Assembly: GCA_010909165.1 (NCBI GenBank)
Contig: VJWM01000025.1
Coordinates: forward strand, 1,302,001 to 1,366,000
Source: Anthoceros angustus
Lineage: Eukaryota > Plantae > Anthocerotophyta
DNA length: 64,000 nt
Reading direction: 5' to 3'
Shown: one piece after another, positions 42,571 to 55,604 of the stretch
How positions within the stretch are numbered: the stretch's first letter is position 1
Layout of the letters: every line of letters starts with the position of its first letter
Notes under the pieces: generated by a model
Told to the model about the DNA's origin: nothing
Databases searched by the model: none
What the model saw: only the letters and a program-made list of their open reading frames with translations
Made by a program: the position numbers and the translations under genes

Positions 42571-43565
42571 CAATCTCTCTGGTTGTGCCGTCAACTGTAC
42601 AACATTCAGAGTGCAGGAATTCTAGGCTGCGCCCTGAGTGGAGTTTTGAGATAGAGTGTCATAGTTTCATAGTACAGGTATTACAACCTCAATGTAAGCT
42701 CTCATTGAGCTATATTTATTAACTTCTCATTGCCACGGCAGTGAATTCTCGCATCCAATGCTTGGCATGGAGTCCCCGTACTGTGAACTTGCGGGCGTAC
42801 ACAGCTCTACCTCACCTGCCCAATCCAGCTAATTGACTTATTTCCTCCTCAGTGAATTTCGTGCTTTCGGACACACAGAGGCGATGGCAAACAGAGTGTT
42901 CCTTCACCATATTGCTCACAAAATGTTGCAGTTACTGCTGTGAACAAAGGTGCAGGGTCCCGCCGCTTGCCGATATTTCCCCCATCAACCTCCATACCGT
43001 TTTCGAAGAGCTCGTCTACTTGGATGAGATAACAGCATGATGTCGCAGATACAGGGAAATAATAAGCATTGAGCCTTCGGTGATATCTCTCTGTGTCTGT
43101 CGCCTCTCTCGGTTAAAGCAATAAGTCACGAAGTATATTACAATCTTGGTCATACAATCCCAACAGATTAGTGTCCATCATTTGCACATACATCAAACAC
43201 AACAAACAGAACAGTTTAGTTGAAGACGTGCACCACTGACCAATACACTAATGAACCCAGCGTGACGCCAAATCGCTGAATCGCTTGGCTTGACATCCAA
43301 ACATCCACAGAACGCTTTTCCAAATATGTACAGGCAGAAAGCGCTCGAAATTTCAGATCATACTCAACAGAGCTTGAGTCCCCATTCTCATCAGAAGAAT
43401 TGTAGCTTTGGCACATACAATCCCTCCTTATCTAGAAGAGTGGAACAATTCAAGCCATGAGGAAAAACTTGTCTGGATAACACAACACCTTGCATTACTA
43501 CAAGCTTCCTCTCCATCTTCGATAAGGTGGTGATCCGTACAATGTCTTTCTCAAGAGACTGACCA

Positions 43566-44050
43566 TCAAATACCGCCGCCAAGCTACAGAAAATAACAGG
43601 ACAGTTACCAGCCGATCGTGACAGAGAAAAACCAAAGGATTTCTCACAAAGACCAATACCAGCACGGCTTCAATTTCTGCCTTGGAAATGGGAGTCCGCT
43701 TTGGCTGAATGGACGCCCTCCCGCCTGTACTGGAATTCCTCACATAGGCAGGAACACCTGACGGATCCGTTTCTTTTCTCAACCCTTGCCCTGAATCCAC
43801 TCAAAAGAAATGAGACACAGAGATCGGACCCGATCCCGTCTCCGACCCATGGCAAAAGCTGCTACCATCGAGAGGCTTTATCCCCGGACATCCTCACATC
43901 GAGACAGCTTCTTGACACATACATACGACACACAGAGCCACAGAGAAGCAACGCCGCACCTTCAGCCTGCTGAGGCTTGCCAGCACCGGGCCCCCGCCGC
44001 ACCGGAAACTTAATCAGCGGAATCCGCTTCGCAATCTGTTGCCCCGCCAT
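43566..44050 (-). CDS. KGD4/MRPS36-like small mitochondrial protein, 3 exons
   Basis: N-terminal KRIPLIKFPVRR and C-terminal KRTPISKAEIEAVL|LGGGI* match the two conserved ends of the KGD4/MRPS36 family; GT-AG junctions keep the frame. Confidence 0.7.
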
Positions 44051-44307
44051 GCCTTGCAACAGTCCTTGGAAGATGCGCGACAGCCGAACAGCGAGAGGCG
44101 AACGGCGTCCCTTGATCACACACCGCCTTCGTTGCTACGGCTAAAGCCTGGCTGCGTCACTAAAGCGATCAGTATCTTTTCTTCGAATTTGGTATTTGTT
44201 TTGTTCAAGGGTCCGGCATCTGGATCATTCATCGGAACCAAAGGTGTGGGATCCCGTCTTCTTCCCCCGCTGGGGTTACGGTAGACAGGGATCCTCGGAG
44301 CTCCAGC

Positions 44308-44907
44308 ATGATTCTGGGAAGAAGCTCAGTCGCATCGTGCTTAGCTCCTCCGGTGCAGCATCCGTTTAGGGCAGGCTGGCTGCCAGCGTCACATGTTTTG
44401 GTCACCCGCCGGAGAGCATCAGCGTTCCGAGGTGCTTTTATCAGAAGTGCCACATCCGACGGCTCGACAGAGGATGCGCCGGAGCCATTTGAGGTACGTG
44501 CTTCACGGTCACCGATGAATTAGGTGTCCTGTGCTGCATAGATTGCACGCCGCTTTGCTGAGGCAAGCAAATAAATGACTCTGTTAGGGCTCCGCCGTGC
44601 AAATTGATCTGCAACTCCCTCGGAGGAGACTGCTAGTGCAATTCAAGTGCAACGTCTGCACCACAACAACACAGCGGCTTGTGAATCCCGAGGCATACAA
44701 GCGAGGCACAGTCTTTGTCCAGGTCAGGCACAGATTTGTTGAATGCGCCGGTAGAGTGGTTATCGACCTAACAGGGCCTCGATTGTGCAGTGTGCAGGTT
44801 GTGAATCGTATCACCAGCTGGTTGATAACCTGGGACTGATTGAGGAGTATGATTTCAGGAAACCTGCCGCAGAGTCTTCGGTAAAGTCCGCCCAGGATGA
44901 TGTCTAG
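44308..44907 (+). CDS. DNL-type zinc-finger protein (Hsp70 escort/HEP-like) with transit peptide, 3 exons
   Basis: LPRRRLLVQFKCNVCTTTTQRLVNPEAYKRGTVFVQ|CAGCESYHQLVDNLGLI. Confidence 0.92.
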
Positions 44908-45599
44908 CTGACTAGGTCTCTTTTCAGGAATTCCAGTCTCTTCAGTGTCGGATTTTCACGACAAGTCTACGCTTTGAGGAAGAAACTGGCAGAGTTTGTT
45001 GTGGGCGAGAGTCTGGAGGAGGATCACCTTCTGGTGTAAGTGGTCACTACTTTTTGGTGCATGGACTTCAACCAGGTGCAGTCCCAATGCGGAACAGAAT
45101 TCACAACGATGAATTATGCCATCCACAACGATGATTATGATGCGACTGTGAGCATGCGCCCCATGTCTGCAGTGAGCTCCTCAACCCCAAACCCTCCGTC
45201 TTTACTTGTGTGCAGTTGGATTTTTCTGTAGCAAAAGAGCCTCCAATGACAGGTCCATCCAGCCCAGAAAAATGCCTCCTGAGAAATTGCTCATAGCCTC
45301 ACTAACCAGCAGCAACAAGCCCTGAGCAGCAATGCTCAGGGCTCCCCCCCCTCTTCCTACTCCGCCGTGATTCCATTGTTGTGGTGGCCACATCCTGGAA
45401 GACAATCCAAACGTGGCAAAACCTTGGTGTGAGTGCTTAAACTTGTAGGCTTCATACTTTCAAGGCGCTAGGATTCCTCGGTGCTCAGGCCCGGCCTGGC
45501 CCCGTTTTTGTGCCAAGCGCAGCATTGTCCTGTTCGTGTTGCTGGTGCAAGTTGCAACCCAAGACAAGGTGCCTGCAACCGAGGTTACCCGCCACTCTC

Positions 45600-46157
<558 letters not shown>

Positions 46158-46456
46158 GTATGGGGTGCTCGGGGTGATGTTAATACTTCATATGACCGAA
46201 TGTTCCTGCTAAGTTCCCACTCCTCTTTGTGGAATAGCTCTCGTGTAGCACATCTTACCCTGAAACTGAGATGCAACGTCTCTGATTCCGACATTCTAGA
46301 AGCAAGCTGTTGTTGACGCATGATGGACTGATGGATTTCAACAACAGCCCGCATCATGGAGACAGCATATGATCAGAATGGTGTGCACAAAATGTCTTCG
46401 TGCCCTGTGTGGCAATACTTTAGATCGCGCAATATGTTAGAGGTGATGGAGCGACG

Positions 46457-46935
46457 GGAGAACTTGATGTTTTCAATGGGATGACTTTCAAGGATGGTTA
46501 CCTCCACAAGATGGTCTCTCGGAAGAGAGTGGATACCAATGTGGTCCCAACTTTTGATGAGCTGCAGAAATTTCAGAAACCTGGAGAAGATGGCAGTATA
46601 GATGCAACGGGGGTTCCTTCAGCGTTGTCCTGAAAGCGAAGGGGCAAGCTGCTGAAAGGTGATGCTGTTGAGATTATCGAAGGAGACATGCAGAAATTGA
46701 TGGGAAATGTGGGAAAGGTTGATGAAGACACAGTATACATCCGTCCAAAGGATTTGTCGCTTCAAGTAATTTCTGTCCTCCTCTAGTTTGTTTTTTTCGG
46801 TTTCACTCAGCTGCAAGATGTAGCAGATTGGTTAGCACAGTATTACACTCTACTTGATGAACCCTTTCATGTTACAGGAAACAAGTGGTGTGAATGAGTC
46901 ACAAGTGCGGAGATTTTTCAAGACAGGAGATCAGA
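46457..46935 (+). pseudogene. SPT5 transcription elongation factor fragment (KOW region) with an in-frame stop
   Basis: GMTFKDGYLHKMVS..VPTFDELQKFQKPGEDG..LS*KRRGKLLKGDAVEIIEGDMQKLMGNVGKVDEDTVYIRP, then an intron and VNESQVRRFFKTGD. Confidence 0.8.
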
Positions 46936-47289
46936 GGCTTGCTAATAGGATGCTCATCGGTGGAGAAGTGAAGCCCTTTGTTGAAGTCGGTATGACACTC
47001 CATCTGGAAGGAATCAATGTACAAAGACTGCTGAGCAGCCCGGTCGTCGTAGGTGGTGAGCGCTCAGAGTGGTGATGTCGTGCGTCCGCCACGCTGGAGT
47101 TTTCAGTCGGTAGACACAGCCAGTTGGAGTGTCAAGGAGGAATAAAAATCATTACAACACTAGTCCATTTGTTGTAGTGGTGGGACATTTAGAAGTTTCA
47201 CTCCTTTTTCTCTTTGGAAACGGAAACGGGGCAGAAAAACATTACAAAAGTACGGTATGGTTAAGGTGTGGTTAAACTTAACTTGTATC

Positions 47290-47520
47290 CGGGTAGGGTT
47301 AGGTGACGTTTGCTAGGGTCAACCTGAGAGTTAGGGAACCTTGGTGAGTGTCACCTATTAGGGCACGCCACGTGCCCTGAAGTGACCTTGCAGGTGCCGA
47401 CTAGCTTGGGGGTTGGGTAACCTTGGTGCGGGTCACCTATCAGGGCACGCCACGTGGCACAGAACATGCGGGTTAGGTGACCTTGGTGTTGGTCAGCCTG
47501 GAGGTTAGGAAACCCAGGTG
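47290..47520. repeat. G-rich short direct-repeat block with a hairpin
   Basis: ccttggtg.g.gtcacctat.agggcacgccacgtg at 47339 and 47421, several ggttag(g) motifs, and hairpin agggcacg-cca-cgtgccct at 47360-47378. Confidence 0.7.
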
Positions 47521-47548
47521 CGGTTAAGTCGAGCTATCTCACGCATTT

Positions 47549-48047
47549 GTGGGCGATCAGGCAAACACGAGAGTACACGTGTAGCGCGCTAAATAAAAAT
47601 GTGGCAAATGCCGTCGCACTTTGCAGGTTTCAAAACCGTGACCTTGGCTATGTTGGTCAAACTCTTTGCCAAATGTTACACCACTTTCCCTCAAGCAAAT
47701 TCTTGTATTCAGTTTAGCTTTATGTTTATTAATTTTTGCGCACGCATGCAGATCACGTAGTAGGTTTCGAACCCGCGACATCGACTACACCACTTTCCCT
47801 TATGTGTGTCCAAATGGCTTAGGCCAAATGGACACACATTTATAAGAACGTAATTATTAAGCATCCTGCGCTAGGATCGGTACTTAGATGGGGTGCCTAA
47901 AGGGAATGGATGCCCTTGGTGCTAGTAGCTTAGGCATACCATGGTACAAGTTGTTAAGTACCAAGTCCCATGACGGAAATCCTTCGTTAGTGGACTGAAA
48001 TAAAATTCTTCTTCTTCTTCTTATGCAAATTCTTGTATCAGTATTAT

Positions 48048-48127
<80 letters not shown>

Positions 48128-48165
48128 TTTGTGGGCGCATGCCAAAATATTACCTGATCGCCCAC
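47549..48165. mobile_element. Possible MITE-like unit bounded by a 13-bp perfect inverted repeat
   Basis: gtgggcgatcagg (47549-47561) and cctgatcgcccac (48153-48165); no clear target-site duplication seen. Confidence 0.35.
48049..48126. repeat. 78-bp perfect AT-only palindrome
   Basis: at(aat)12-at-(att)12at is its own reverse complement. Confidence 0.92.
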
Positions 48166-48876
48166 GCAACCTGTAATATCAGTTTACCGTTATTTTATTA
48201 ATTTTTTGCTCCAGCATGGAGAAACACAACTAGCTATCTAGTATTGTTCTCGTGGCATTCGATCTGGTAGCCGCAGCTAGCCTGCGGCAAGGACATGTCT
48301 CTTAGGATTGTTATTGATAATATTAATAAACACAAATTACGTGTTCCCAAGAATATGTTCCTTGTCGTGCCATGCTTGAAATAGTCATGGGGTAGTATAG
48401 ATGAGGATAACAACATGGTGGTTAAGAGCACCCTATGTAGATATGGCGTGGGATGAGGTGCCTACATTTTGGTTAGTTTTAGTTTGGATTGGTTCTCCCT
48501 TTCTAGATATGGCTTCGGAACATGCTTTCCCTTTAGTCTCAGTTAGTCCTTATTTTGTTTCTCTTATATTTTGATCACACAGATCTCATTTTGTTTCCCT
48601 TAGATTTTGATCGCTCATACTCTCAGTTAGTTCCCTTAGATTTTGATCGCTCATACGCTTAGTTCCCTGGGATGGCTTGGTATTTTCTGTCACCATTATA
48701 TGAAAGTGCTATATCATACGGACACCGAGACTTTATCGAGACATGCAAGCTCATAGAAACCGGAACAGTTTCAATAAGTGCCACAAGAGTCCTGCTCTGT
48801 TGTCGGATTATTCTCTTTATTAACTTTCAAAAATTAAGAATTTAAATCATCCCGTATGTAGGTCTACCGCAAGGGT

Positions 48877-51111
48877 TTACTGCATCGACGAGTGGAACAT
48901 CCTTCCTCCGGCTAATTCATCCAGTCGTCGACGAACGCAAGGAAAGTTGCTCACGCTTTCAGCCTGTTGAGGCGATTCTGCAGCTGCTTCATAGTGGGGC
49001 TGCAAGATTTTGTAAAGCAACAGACGGACATCGGTGTCTCCAAACTCATGGCTCGGTATCTGCTCCAGAACCTTCAGAGCTTCCTCACCATCATTCCCAG
49101 ACACAAATGCGCGGAAAAGCCTGATCCTCGAGAAGATGTTTAGCGGCAACCCTGCCCGTTCCATGGCTTGAACAACCTCTGGAGCTCGTCTGGAATCTTT
49201 CTGAACTGTGCAGCCATCGAGTAAAGCTTCAAGAGCTAGGCGCGTGGGGTGCATGCCCATGTGCCGCATCACCTCCACCATTGCAAACCCGTCATCCACG
49301 GTCTTTGGACATCCGCTGTCATCATCGTCTTTGTCACCCATCGAAATGCCAAGAAATATCTTGTCGAATAACACACCTGCATCTGCATTGCCCTCGGATG
49401 TCACCTCTTTCAGAAACTCCACTGCCCTTTCAAGCTCTCTCTGGCGAACACAAGCTAGCAGAATGGCCACACAGGACAAGGTCAAGTTCACCTGGCCAGT
49501 CCCTTTTGTCTCCTCAAAAACTGCAAACATGCGACCCAAGTCCCCTGCTGCCCCCAGTAGCCTCAGAAGCATCCCAGTTGCATAAGCATCTGGCCGGATG
49601 TTGGCAGTCATCATCTTGTCATAGAGTTCCAGAGCTTCATCAACACGTCGCTCGGCTGCCAGACCAGTCAGTAGTGCACTTTGTACCTCCATGCCAAGCT
49701 GCTGGCCTTCATCTTCGGCCTCTTGCAGCAGCAGACGTGCCCGGTCAAGCTTGCCACTGCGCACCAACACGCTTATCATGGAGGCTAGCACATACTTTGT
49801 GGGCTTTATACCCTTGCTTTTCATGTCCTTCAGCAACTTGGATGCTCTCTGTTCATCTTTCCTTTGAGAGCAAGCATGAAGTAGTGCTGCATATGTCGCA
49901 GCATCAGGCTCTACCCCATCTGCTGCCATCTCACCTTGCACAGAAAGAGCGCGCTTTAGCAGGCCTTTCCTTCCAAACCCGTCGATGATTGGACTGTATG
50001 TGTGTGCTGTAGGTTTGATGCCTTGCTGCTTCATCTCTGCAAGAAGGTTGTAAGCCTTCTCCATATCATCTGCCTTAACGCTGGCATGTATCAGCATGTT
50101 GAAAGTCACAGCTGTTGGCTGCACTCCGATTCTCTTCATGTGCTCCACAGCCTCATGTGCATTGTCTACCCTCATCTTCCTGCAATAATGTCGAACAAAA
50201 GGATTGAACGAGGAAGCACTCAACTGTAACCCCTTCTGCTGCATCTCCTCGAGCAGCGCAAATCCTGCAGATAACAGGCCTTGCTTGCATGCTGCATCTA
50301 TCAAGATGTTGAATGTGGCTGGGCTCATTGTAATCGGTGCTACAGCCCTCTCCATTCTCCTAAAAACAGCCAAAGCCCCATCAAGCTTGCAAACATCTGT
50401 CACTCCAGCCATGTAGGCACTGACAAGATAAGAAATGCGTGGCCCCTCCATGCCAGGCCTGCCCCTGCCCTTGAGCAATCCCATGTGGTAGATAGCTTCT
50501 TTCTCATACCCACATCTCCCGAGGCATTGAAATGCTGCAGCGAAGGCTTTTTCACAAGACGCTTTCAAGGACGCGTCTGCCAGCATTTCCATAAGCTCAT
50601 CAACTCTGTCTAGGTCAGCTAAGGCCTTCATCAACCAAACATACACAGAAGATGGAAGAACCAGATTCTCAGCCTTTGCTGCTCTGAACAGACCAAGGGC
50701 CTCGTCCAAGTTTCCATCCTTTATGCAAAGGTTGAATTCATGCAGCTTCCTCTCATTCTTCAGCAGCATAACACCAGCAGTTTTGGACAGTCTGTCAGGG
50801 CTCGCAGAATCCAGCAGTTCGGAGAGCAACTCCTTGTCCAACAAATGAAGTTTTTGTGCGTTGCCAGCATTTGAGGTCCAAACCTCAGTCAAACCTGTCC
50901 TCAAGCTCTGCTCCTTCGTCGGGCTACTGTCCACCTCATGGGGTTCAGGACAAACTCCTCCGATGTCAACAGGGTCGATCATCAGCCTGGTTGTGGGCAT
51001 GGGCGAAACAGTTGATGAAGAGGAGAAAGCACGCCGGCAAGCAACTGCAAGGGGATGAAAAACCCCCGCTGTTCGCATAAGGTATGCCACTGAGCCATGA
51101 ACTCTGACCAT
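48877..51111 (-). CDS. P-class PPR protein, probably mitochondrial, single exon
   Basis: Presequence-like N-terminus (ACRRAFSSSS), about 10 P repeats (TFNILIDAACKQG, TYSPIIDGFGRKG) and a C-terminal region (LFDKIF..PTRLALEALLDGC) recalling the At4g04790/At4g21880 type. Confidence 0.92.
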   Translation of the reverse strand: MVRVHGSVAYLMRTAGVFHPLAVACRRAFSSSSTVSPMPTTRLMIDPVDIGGVCPEPHEVDSSPTKEQSLRTGLTEVWTSNAGNAQKLHLLDKELLSELLDSASPDRLSKTAGVMLLKNERKLHEFNLCIKDGNLDEALGLFRAAKAENLVLPSSVYVWLMKALADLDRVDELMEMLADASLKASCEKAFAAAFQCLGRCGYEKEAIYHMGLLKGRGRPGMEGPRISYLVSAYMAGVTDVCKLDGALAVFRRMERAVAPITMSPATFNILIDAACKQGLLSAGFALLEEMQQKGLQLSASSFNPFVRHYCRKMRVDNAHEAVEHMKRIGVQPTAVTFNMLIHASVKADDMEKAYNLLAEMKQQGIKPTAHTYSPIIDGFGRKGLLKRALSVQGEMAADGVEPDAATYAALLHACSQRKDEQRASKLLKDMKSKGIKPTKYVLASMISVLVRSGKLDRARLLLQEAEDEGQQLGMEVQSALLTGLAAERRVDEALELYDKMMTANIRPDAYATGMLLRLLGAAGDLGRMFAVFEETKGTGQVNLTLSCVAILLACVRQRELERAVEFLKEVTSEGNADAGVLFDKIFLGISMGDKDDDDSGCPKTVDDGFAMVEVMRHMGMHPTRLALEALLDGCTVQKDSRRAPEVVQAMERAGLPLNIFSRIRLFRAFVSGNDGEEALKVLEQIPSHEFGDTDVRLLLYKILQPHYEAAAESPQQAESVSNFPCVRRRLDELAGGRMFHSSMQ

Positions 51112-51487
51112 CTGATGGAAGATCTAAACGATGGCTTCTGCAGAGAAGCAAATACAACCACTTGACAAGAATGTCAGACGTGATGCTAAGGGACGAGTTC
51201 ACAGACCCTTTGGAGCCAACTTCCAACACCATCCCCTCAGCCATACCAAAGCAAATTCTTGACTTGCAGATGACAGGTCCATCCAACCCAGAAAAATTCC
51301 TCCTGAGAAATTCGCACATAGCCGTATTAACCAGCAGCAACAAGCTCCGAGCAGCAAACCGATGTCGCACCCCAAAAACGACGGGGCAGGTCTTATCATG
51401 GCAGCTTCCAAAAGATGAGCCTTCCTTGTCATATGTTGTCCGATTCTGCCTCCGGAACAAGAGGCAGTAGGATGATGTAGTAGTGTG

Positions 51488-53239
51488 ATGGCCTCGCCGC
51501 CTGGCATGTTCGAGAATCTGCATCCAGGCCGGCGTCTGGTTCTGGAGTTTGCGCTTGCGGGCTTGTGTGCGGATGCGGAGGCAGAGGCAGAGGCAGCTGG
51601 GGGGTTTGTATCCGCGGTGGTGCTGGATTCCGCCTTGAAGTGGGATGAGGCTCTCCCTCAGTGCGTAGCGATGCTTGTGCCCCTGGGGAGGGAGGAGGAT
51701 TGGCTGTTCTCCTCGGAAGGAGGGCAGTGGCAGCTGCTGGGATCCGCCGGTGTGAGCCGGATGGTGATTTTCTTGTGGCACGCCGTAGAGGCTAGGTCCG
51801 AAGCATCTGCCTTGCAACGGGGGAGGGAAGAGGAATTTCTGAAGGCGACGCTGAGCCGTCTGGTACCAGCCTTCTGCCCAAAGGCATTGTTTCAGCAAGG
51901 CGTCCCGGTTGTGCCTTTCGTTTCGTACGCAGACGATGTAGTGGGACGTGTGATCGTGGAGGAATGCTTTTCTCCGCTAACAGGCTCTATGGTTGTTGAA
52001 GACGTGGAGCTGGAACCAGGTGATCGTGAAGCAGAGGGAGATGGGATCACATCGTCACAGGTATGTGTTTCTGCGGTTCATCTGCAAGAGATGGTGATGT
52101 CTTTTCATATGCTCGTATGACCAAAGTCCATGTGGTACCATGTGTTTTAGGACAGGTCAGTGGAGGAGCTCGAAAGCTGCGGGCAGCTGGGCCTAGGGAT
52201 GCCTGTCAGAAGTCTGTTGCGGCGTAGGCTTCGATTCAAGCGGATGCCCAACTTGATTCAGACGGAGGTGGGTTTGCACTCGTCTGGTGCAAGCACGGAT
52301 GGTGATGACGAGCACACTGGGAAGATGGGAACGAGATGCGTGGATCATGATAGGCTTGTCCACAGATATCTCGCTCCCATTGTTGCTGGTCTGGTGTTGG
52401 TGTCTCCACGGTTTGATGCTTGCACCGGGAGTGAAGGTAGAGTAAAGGTGTTGTGTGTGGGAGTTGGAGGTGGAGCTCTTCCCAGGTTTCTTCACAGACA
52501 TCTCCCATCATTCGAGATACTGGTGAGAAGCTTACCCTTCTTCTTTGCGGTGCGAAACTAGAAGAGAAGGACTTGTTGGCTCATGTACTTCTCGTTGGTT
52601 GATGTGGTAATTCGTGATGCTCAGGCAGTGGATCTGGATGAGGTGGTTTTGAGGTTGGCAAGGCAGCACTTCGATCTCTTAGAGGATGACAGGCTGCGCG
52701 TGAGGGCCTGTGATGGATGGAAGCTGGTTGTCGACTTGGCTGAAAAGGTAGTGAAGCTGGGCCTTGCAACCGACACCTGGTCCAGATTGTGGCAGCATGA
52801 AGCGGCTGCAAATCACACCTCATGCTTGCATGCCGCTGAATTAGATCATGCCAACACGGCGTCTGGCAGACGTGAAGATCCCCGGTTTCATGTCATCGTC
52901 TTGGACGTGGATGCAGCAGACCCCAAACTGGGTTTGAGCTCTCCTCCTCCTATTTTTTTAGAGAAATTTTTCCTCTTGTCAGCTTGCGTTTGCCTGCATC
53001 AAGGTGGCATGCTCGCCATAAATGTAATACCGTCTGGCTGGAACAGTTTTCAAGTTTTGGTGGACGCCTTGAAGGCGGTGTTTGCTGAAGTGTATGCCAT
53101 CCCCGTCGAGGATGGAATCAGCCAAGTAGTTTTTGCGTTGCCTTCGGAACTCCCTCTATTTCCTTACTCTGGTCCCCTGTCAAGTCAGGTGGAGCAACTT
53201 GTAGACAGAAAGTTGAAAGGCCTCATCTGCAAACTTTGA
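51488..53239 (+). CDS. METTL13 C-terminal-like (spermidine-synthase-like) SAM methyltransferase, multi-exon
   Basis: AMLVPLGREEDWLFSSEGGQWQL, RRRLRFKRMPNLIQTEV, VLCVGVGGGAL and VIVLDVDAADPKLGLSSPP. Confidence 0.88.
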
Positions 53240-53403
53240 GGAAATTCTTTGATGGGCGAGAAATCCATTTAGAAAGCGGCTGTAAAGCTGTTGACAAACT
53301 TGAGTCTCTTAGACCCGCAAGGTTGGCAGCAAACTAGTCTGGCATGCACACCTTTCTGTTACAGCTGCTTCAAGGTGGCAGCAAGTCTGACAGATTTATA
53401 TTG

Positions 53404-55242
53404 TCACAGCGGATCGGAGCAGCCAGTTGCAGTGGGACACTCGCAAAAGCAGTCCGGCAAAGGCAAATCTCTCCCTGTTTCCACAGCCTGTTTGTGCACA
53501 TGCCACATGGTAGCCGCAACATCCTTGGGTTTAAAGCCTTCCGATGTCATGGCTACGGCAAAGGCCTTGCGATTCAGCACCAACGTTTCTTTCTTCCCGT
53601 TCAGCACTCTTGCTGCCACCACCATTTTGTCCATGTTCCCGAAATATGTTGCCACGTAGACGTCACTCTCCAGTGATACGAGATAGTCCAAAGCAGCTTT
53701 GCTGTTCCCCCTGAGCGACTGCAGGGCTCCCCCACCTAGCAGCTCCGACTTGGTGAAGACATTGCCGAAGGTCTGAGTAAAGCCAGCCTGTTCTATCAGG
53801 CTCCCTCCTGCTGCAAGATATATAGGCATGCTCCTGGGAAACCCAAGGGAGCGTAAGATGAATGCAGCCTCAGCAGGAGTGAGAGGACATTTTCCTCTGT
53901 TCCGCCATGCCACTGCGAGATCTCCTGTAAGCTCACTTCTACCCAGACCCCGACGAGCAGCCTCAACTGCACTCCTGGATGTGTTTGACAAGTCCGGATA
54001 AGCACACCGGCTGTAAGCAATAATGTCAGGCTCGAAACGGAGGTGAAGAGCTATGAAAGGACGTGGCATGTCCCTCAACAGCTGCTCTGCAACCTTCCTT
54101 AGCTTCTTCACTGGACGGAGGGCCTGGTGGCATGCCTGACACCTTGCAGCTTTTGCTCCAAGGGGGTGCCTGCAAAGAAAATCCAGTGCATGCCTGATCA
54201 ACACCCTGCCACACTCCGAGTTCAGACAGGCGACGAGAGGCCCACACACCTGTCAGGCCTCTGGCTTGCAGCAGGCCTGATGACTACCAGCTTCTCTTTC
54301 CGCAGGATGGGCAACACCACTTCGGTGTAGTCGAAGAGAGACTTGTTCTTGCTCTTCTGGCACTGCACGACTGTGGGTGCCTTGGAGAAGAGAGATGGTA
54401 CAACTTCAGTGGCCACACGAACATAACCCTTCATCTGCTTGATGAAGTACTTGGTGTCAAAGACATCTGCAAAAGCGCTGCCATGCATGCCATGCAACAG
54501 CGGCATCAGCCGGATAGGGTTCCTCACATCATGCCCGGCCTGATGCTGTCACTACCAGTCAGACATTGGTAAAACCTTGTGTCATTCCAGAAAGAGGAGA
54601 CCTCGAATTGTGGCAGCAGCAAGGTTGCATTCAAGAGGGAAGCCACTCCCACACCATCGCAGAACTGCCAAATTCAATCCAGGACAATAACACAATTCAA
54701 TTTACTACAAGAACAAGACTAAAAGCAAGCATTGTGACATTGTTTCTCTACACCCCGATCCTGACACGAGAATCAATGAACTAATCATGCACTTCTGCTA
54801 CGACTGCGGGCCATTACCAAGAGCTCAGCTTACATCTCGTCGCATCTGGTTAAGGCCACCAGCGCAATCCACTTGAAGAAAGCCGTTGCTCTTGGCGGGA
54901 AGGCTTCCTGCAGACAGAAGGAGCAACACAAACACAGACAAGGCCATGAGGACAGAGCTGGAATTGCGCGATTTCTGCACATGCCGTGGCCAGGCTCGGC
55001 TCACCTGCTGGAGGCTGGGAGCTCCACCAGGCACAGCGCATCCACTGCTTCTCAGGAACATTGCTCCACAGCTCTGTCCACCTCCCGCCGGCGGAGGGCG
55101 TGCGGGGAGCTTCCGAGAGCAGCACTGGCGGATTGAAGCGGGAGAGAGAAGGCAGCAGCGCCACCGTTCCTGCCAGCGCAATCAGCATGGCAGCCACTGC
55201 TGCTCTGGCCACACTTCTGCGCTGCCATAGCCGGGGCAACAT
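53404..55242 (-). CDS. O-fucosyltransferase family (DUF246) glycosyltransferase, multi-exon
   Basis: N-terminal TM, SNGFLQVDCAGGLNQMRRD, FADVFDTKYFI, PFIALHLRFEPD, GKCPLTPAEA and AALDYLVSLESDVYV. Confidence 0.95.
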
Positions 55243-55484
55243 TCTTTCCTCCCTTCAGCAAAAGAAGGTGCAACGCATCTGCACATTCTTCAGAGAGGAG
55301 CAGAGCATGCGTGCGGCTCCGCAATTCCAGATCCGCAGTGTCCTCGTTTGCGGTTAAGGATGTCGATGCAGCAGCAGCCCTAACGTACGATCTGGTGCGG
55401 TTGCACTTGCTTGCACGTCTCTGTGAGCGCTTCTCATCACCTACCTACATGACCCTCTGTCTGTCGCTTTGCAAGGAAGGCGCA

Positions 55485-55604
55485 GCAATGGTAATGCAAG
55501 GAAGGCGCAGCAATGGTAATGCAAGGAAGGCGCAGCAATGGTAATGCAAGGAAGGCGCAGCAATGGTAATGCAAGGAAGGCGCAGCAATGGTAATGCAAG
55601 GAAG
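55485..55604. repeat. 25-bp perfect tandem repeat x5
   Basis: gcaatggtaatgcaaggaaggcgca with period 25. Confidence 0.93.

Noticed and set aside
42870-43416. Coding-like minus-strand stretches downstream of the KGD4-like gene
   Set aside because: No ATG-to-stop spliced model or recognisable motif.
47360-47404. Hairpin followed by CTAG as a Helitron 3' end
   Set aside because: The spacing of about 22 nt is longer than typical and no matching 5' TC end was identified.
47884-48165. ORF with poly-Ile and poly-Tyr
   Set aside because: Translation of the (AAT)/(ATT) microsatellite palindrome.
50966-51898. 310-aa minus-strand ORF
   Set aside because: Antisense to METTL13-like exon 1 and out of frame with the PPR start; no motifs.
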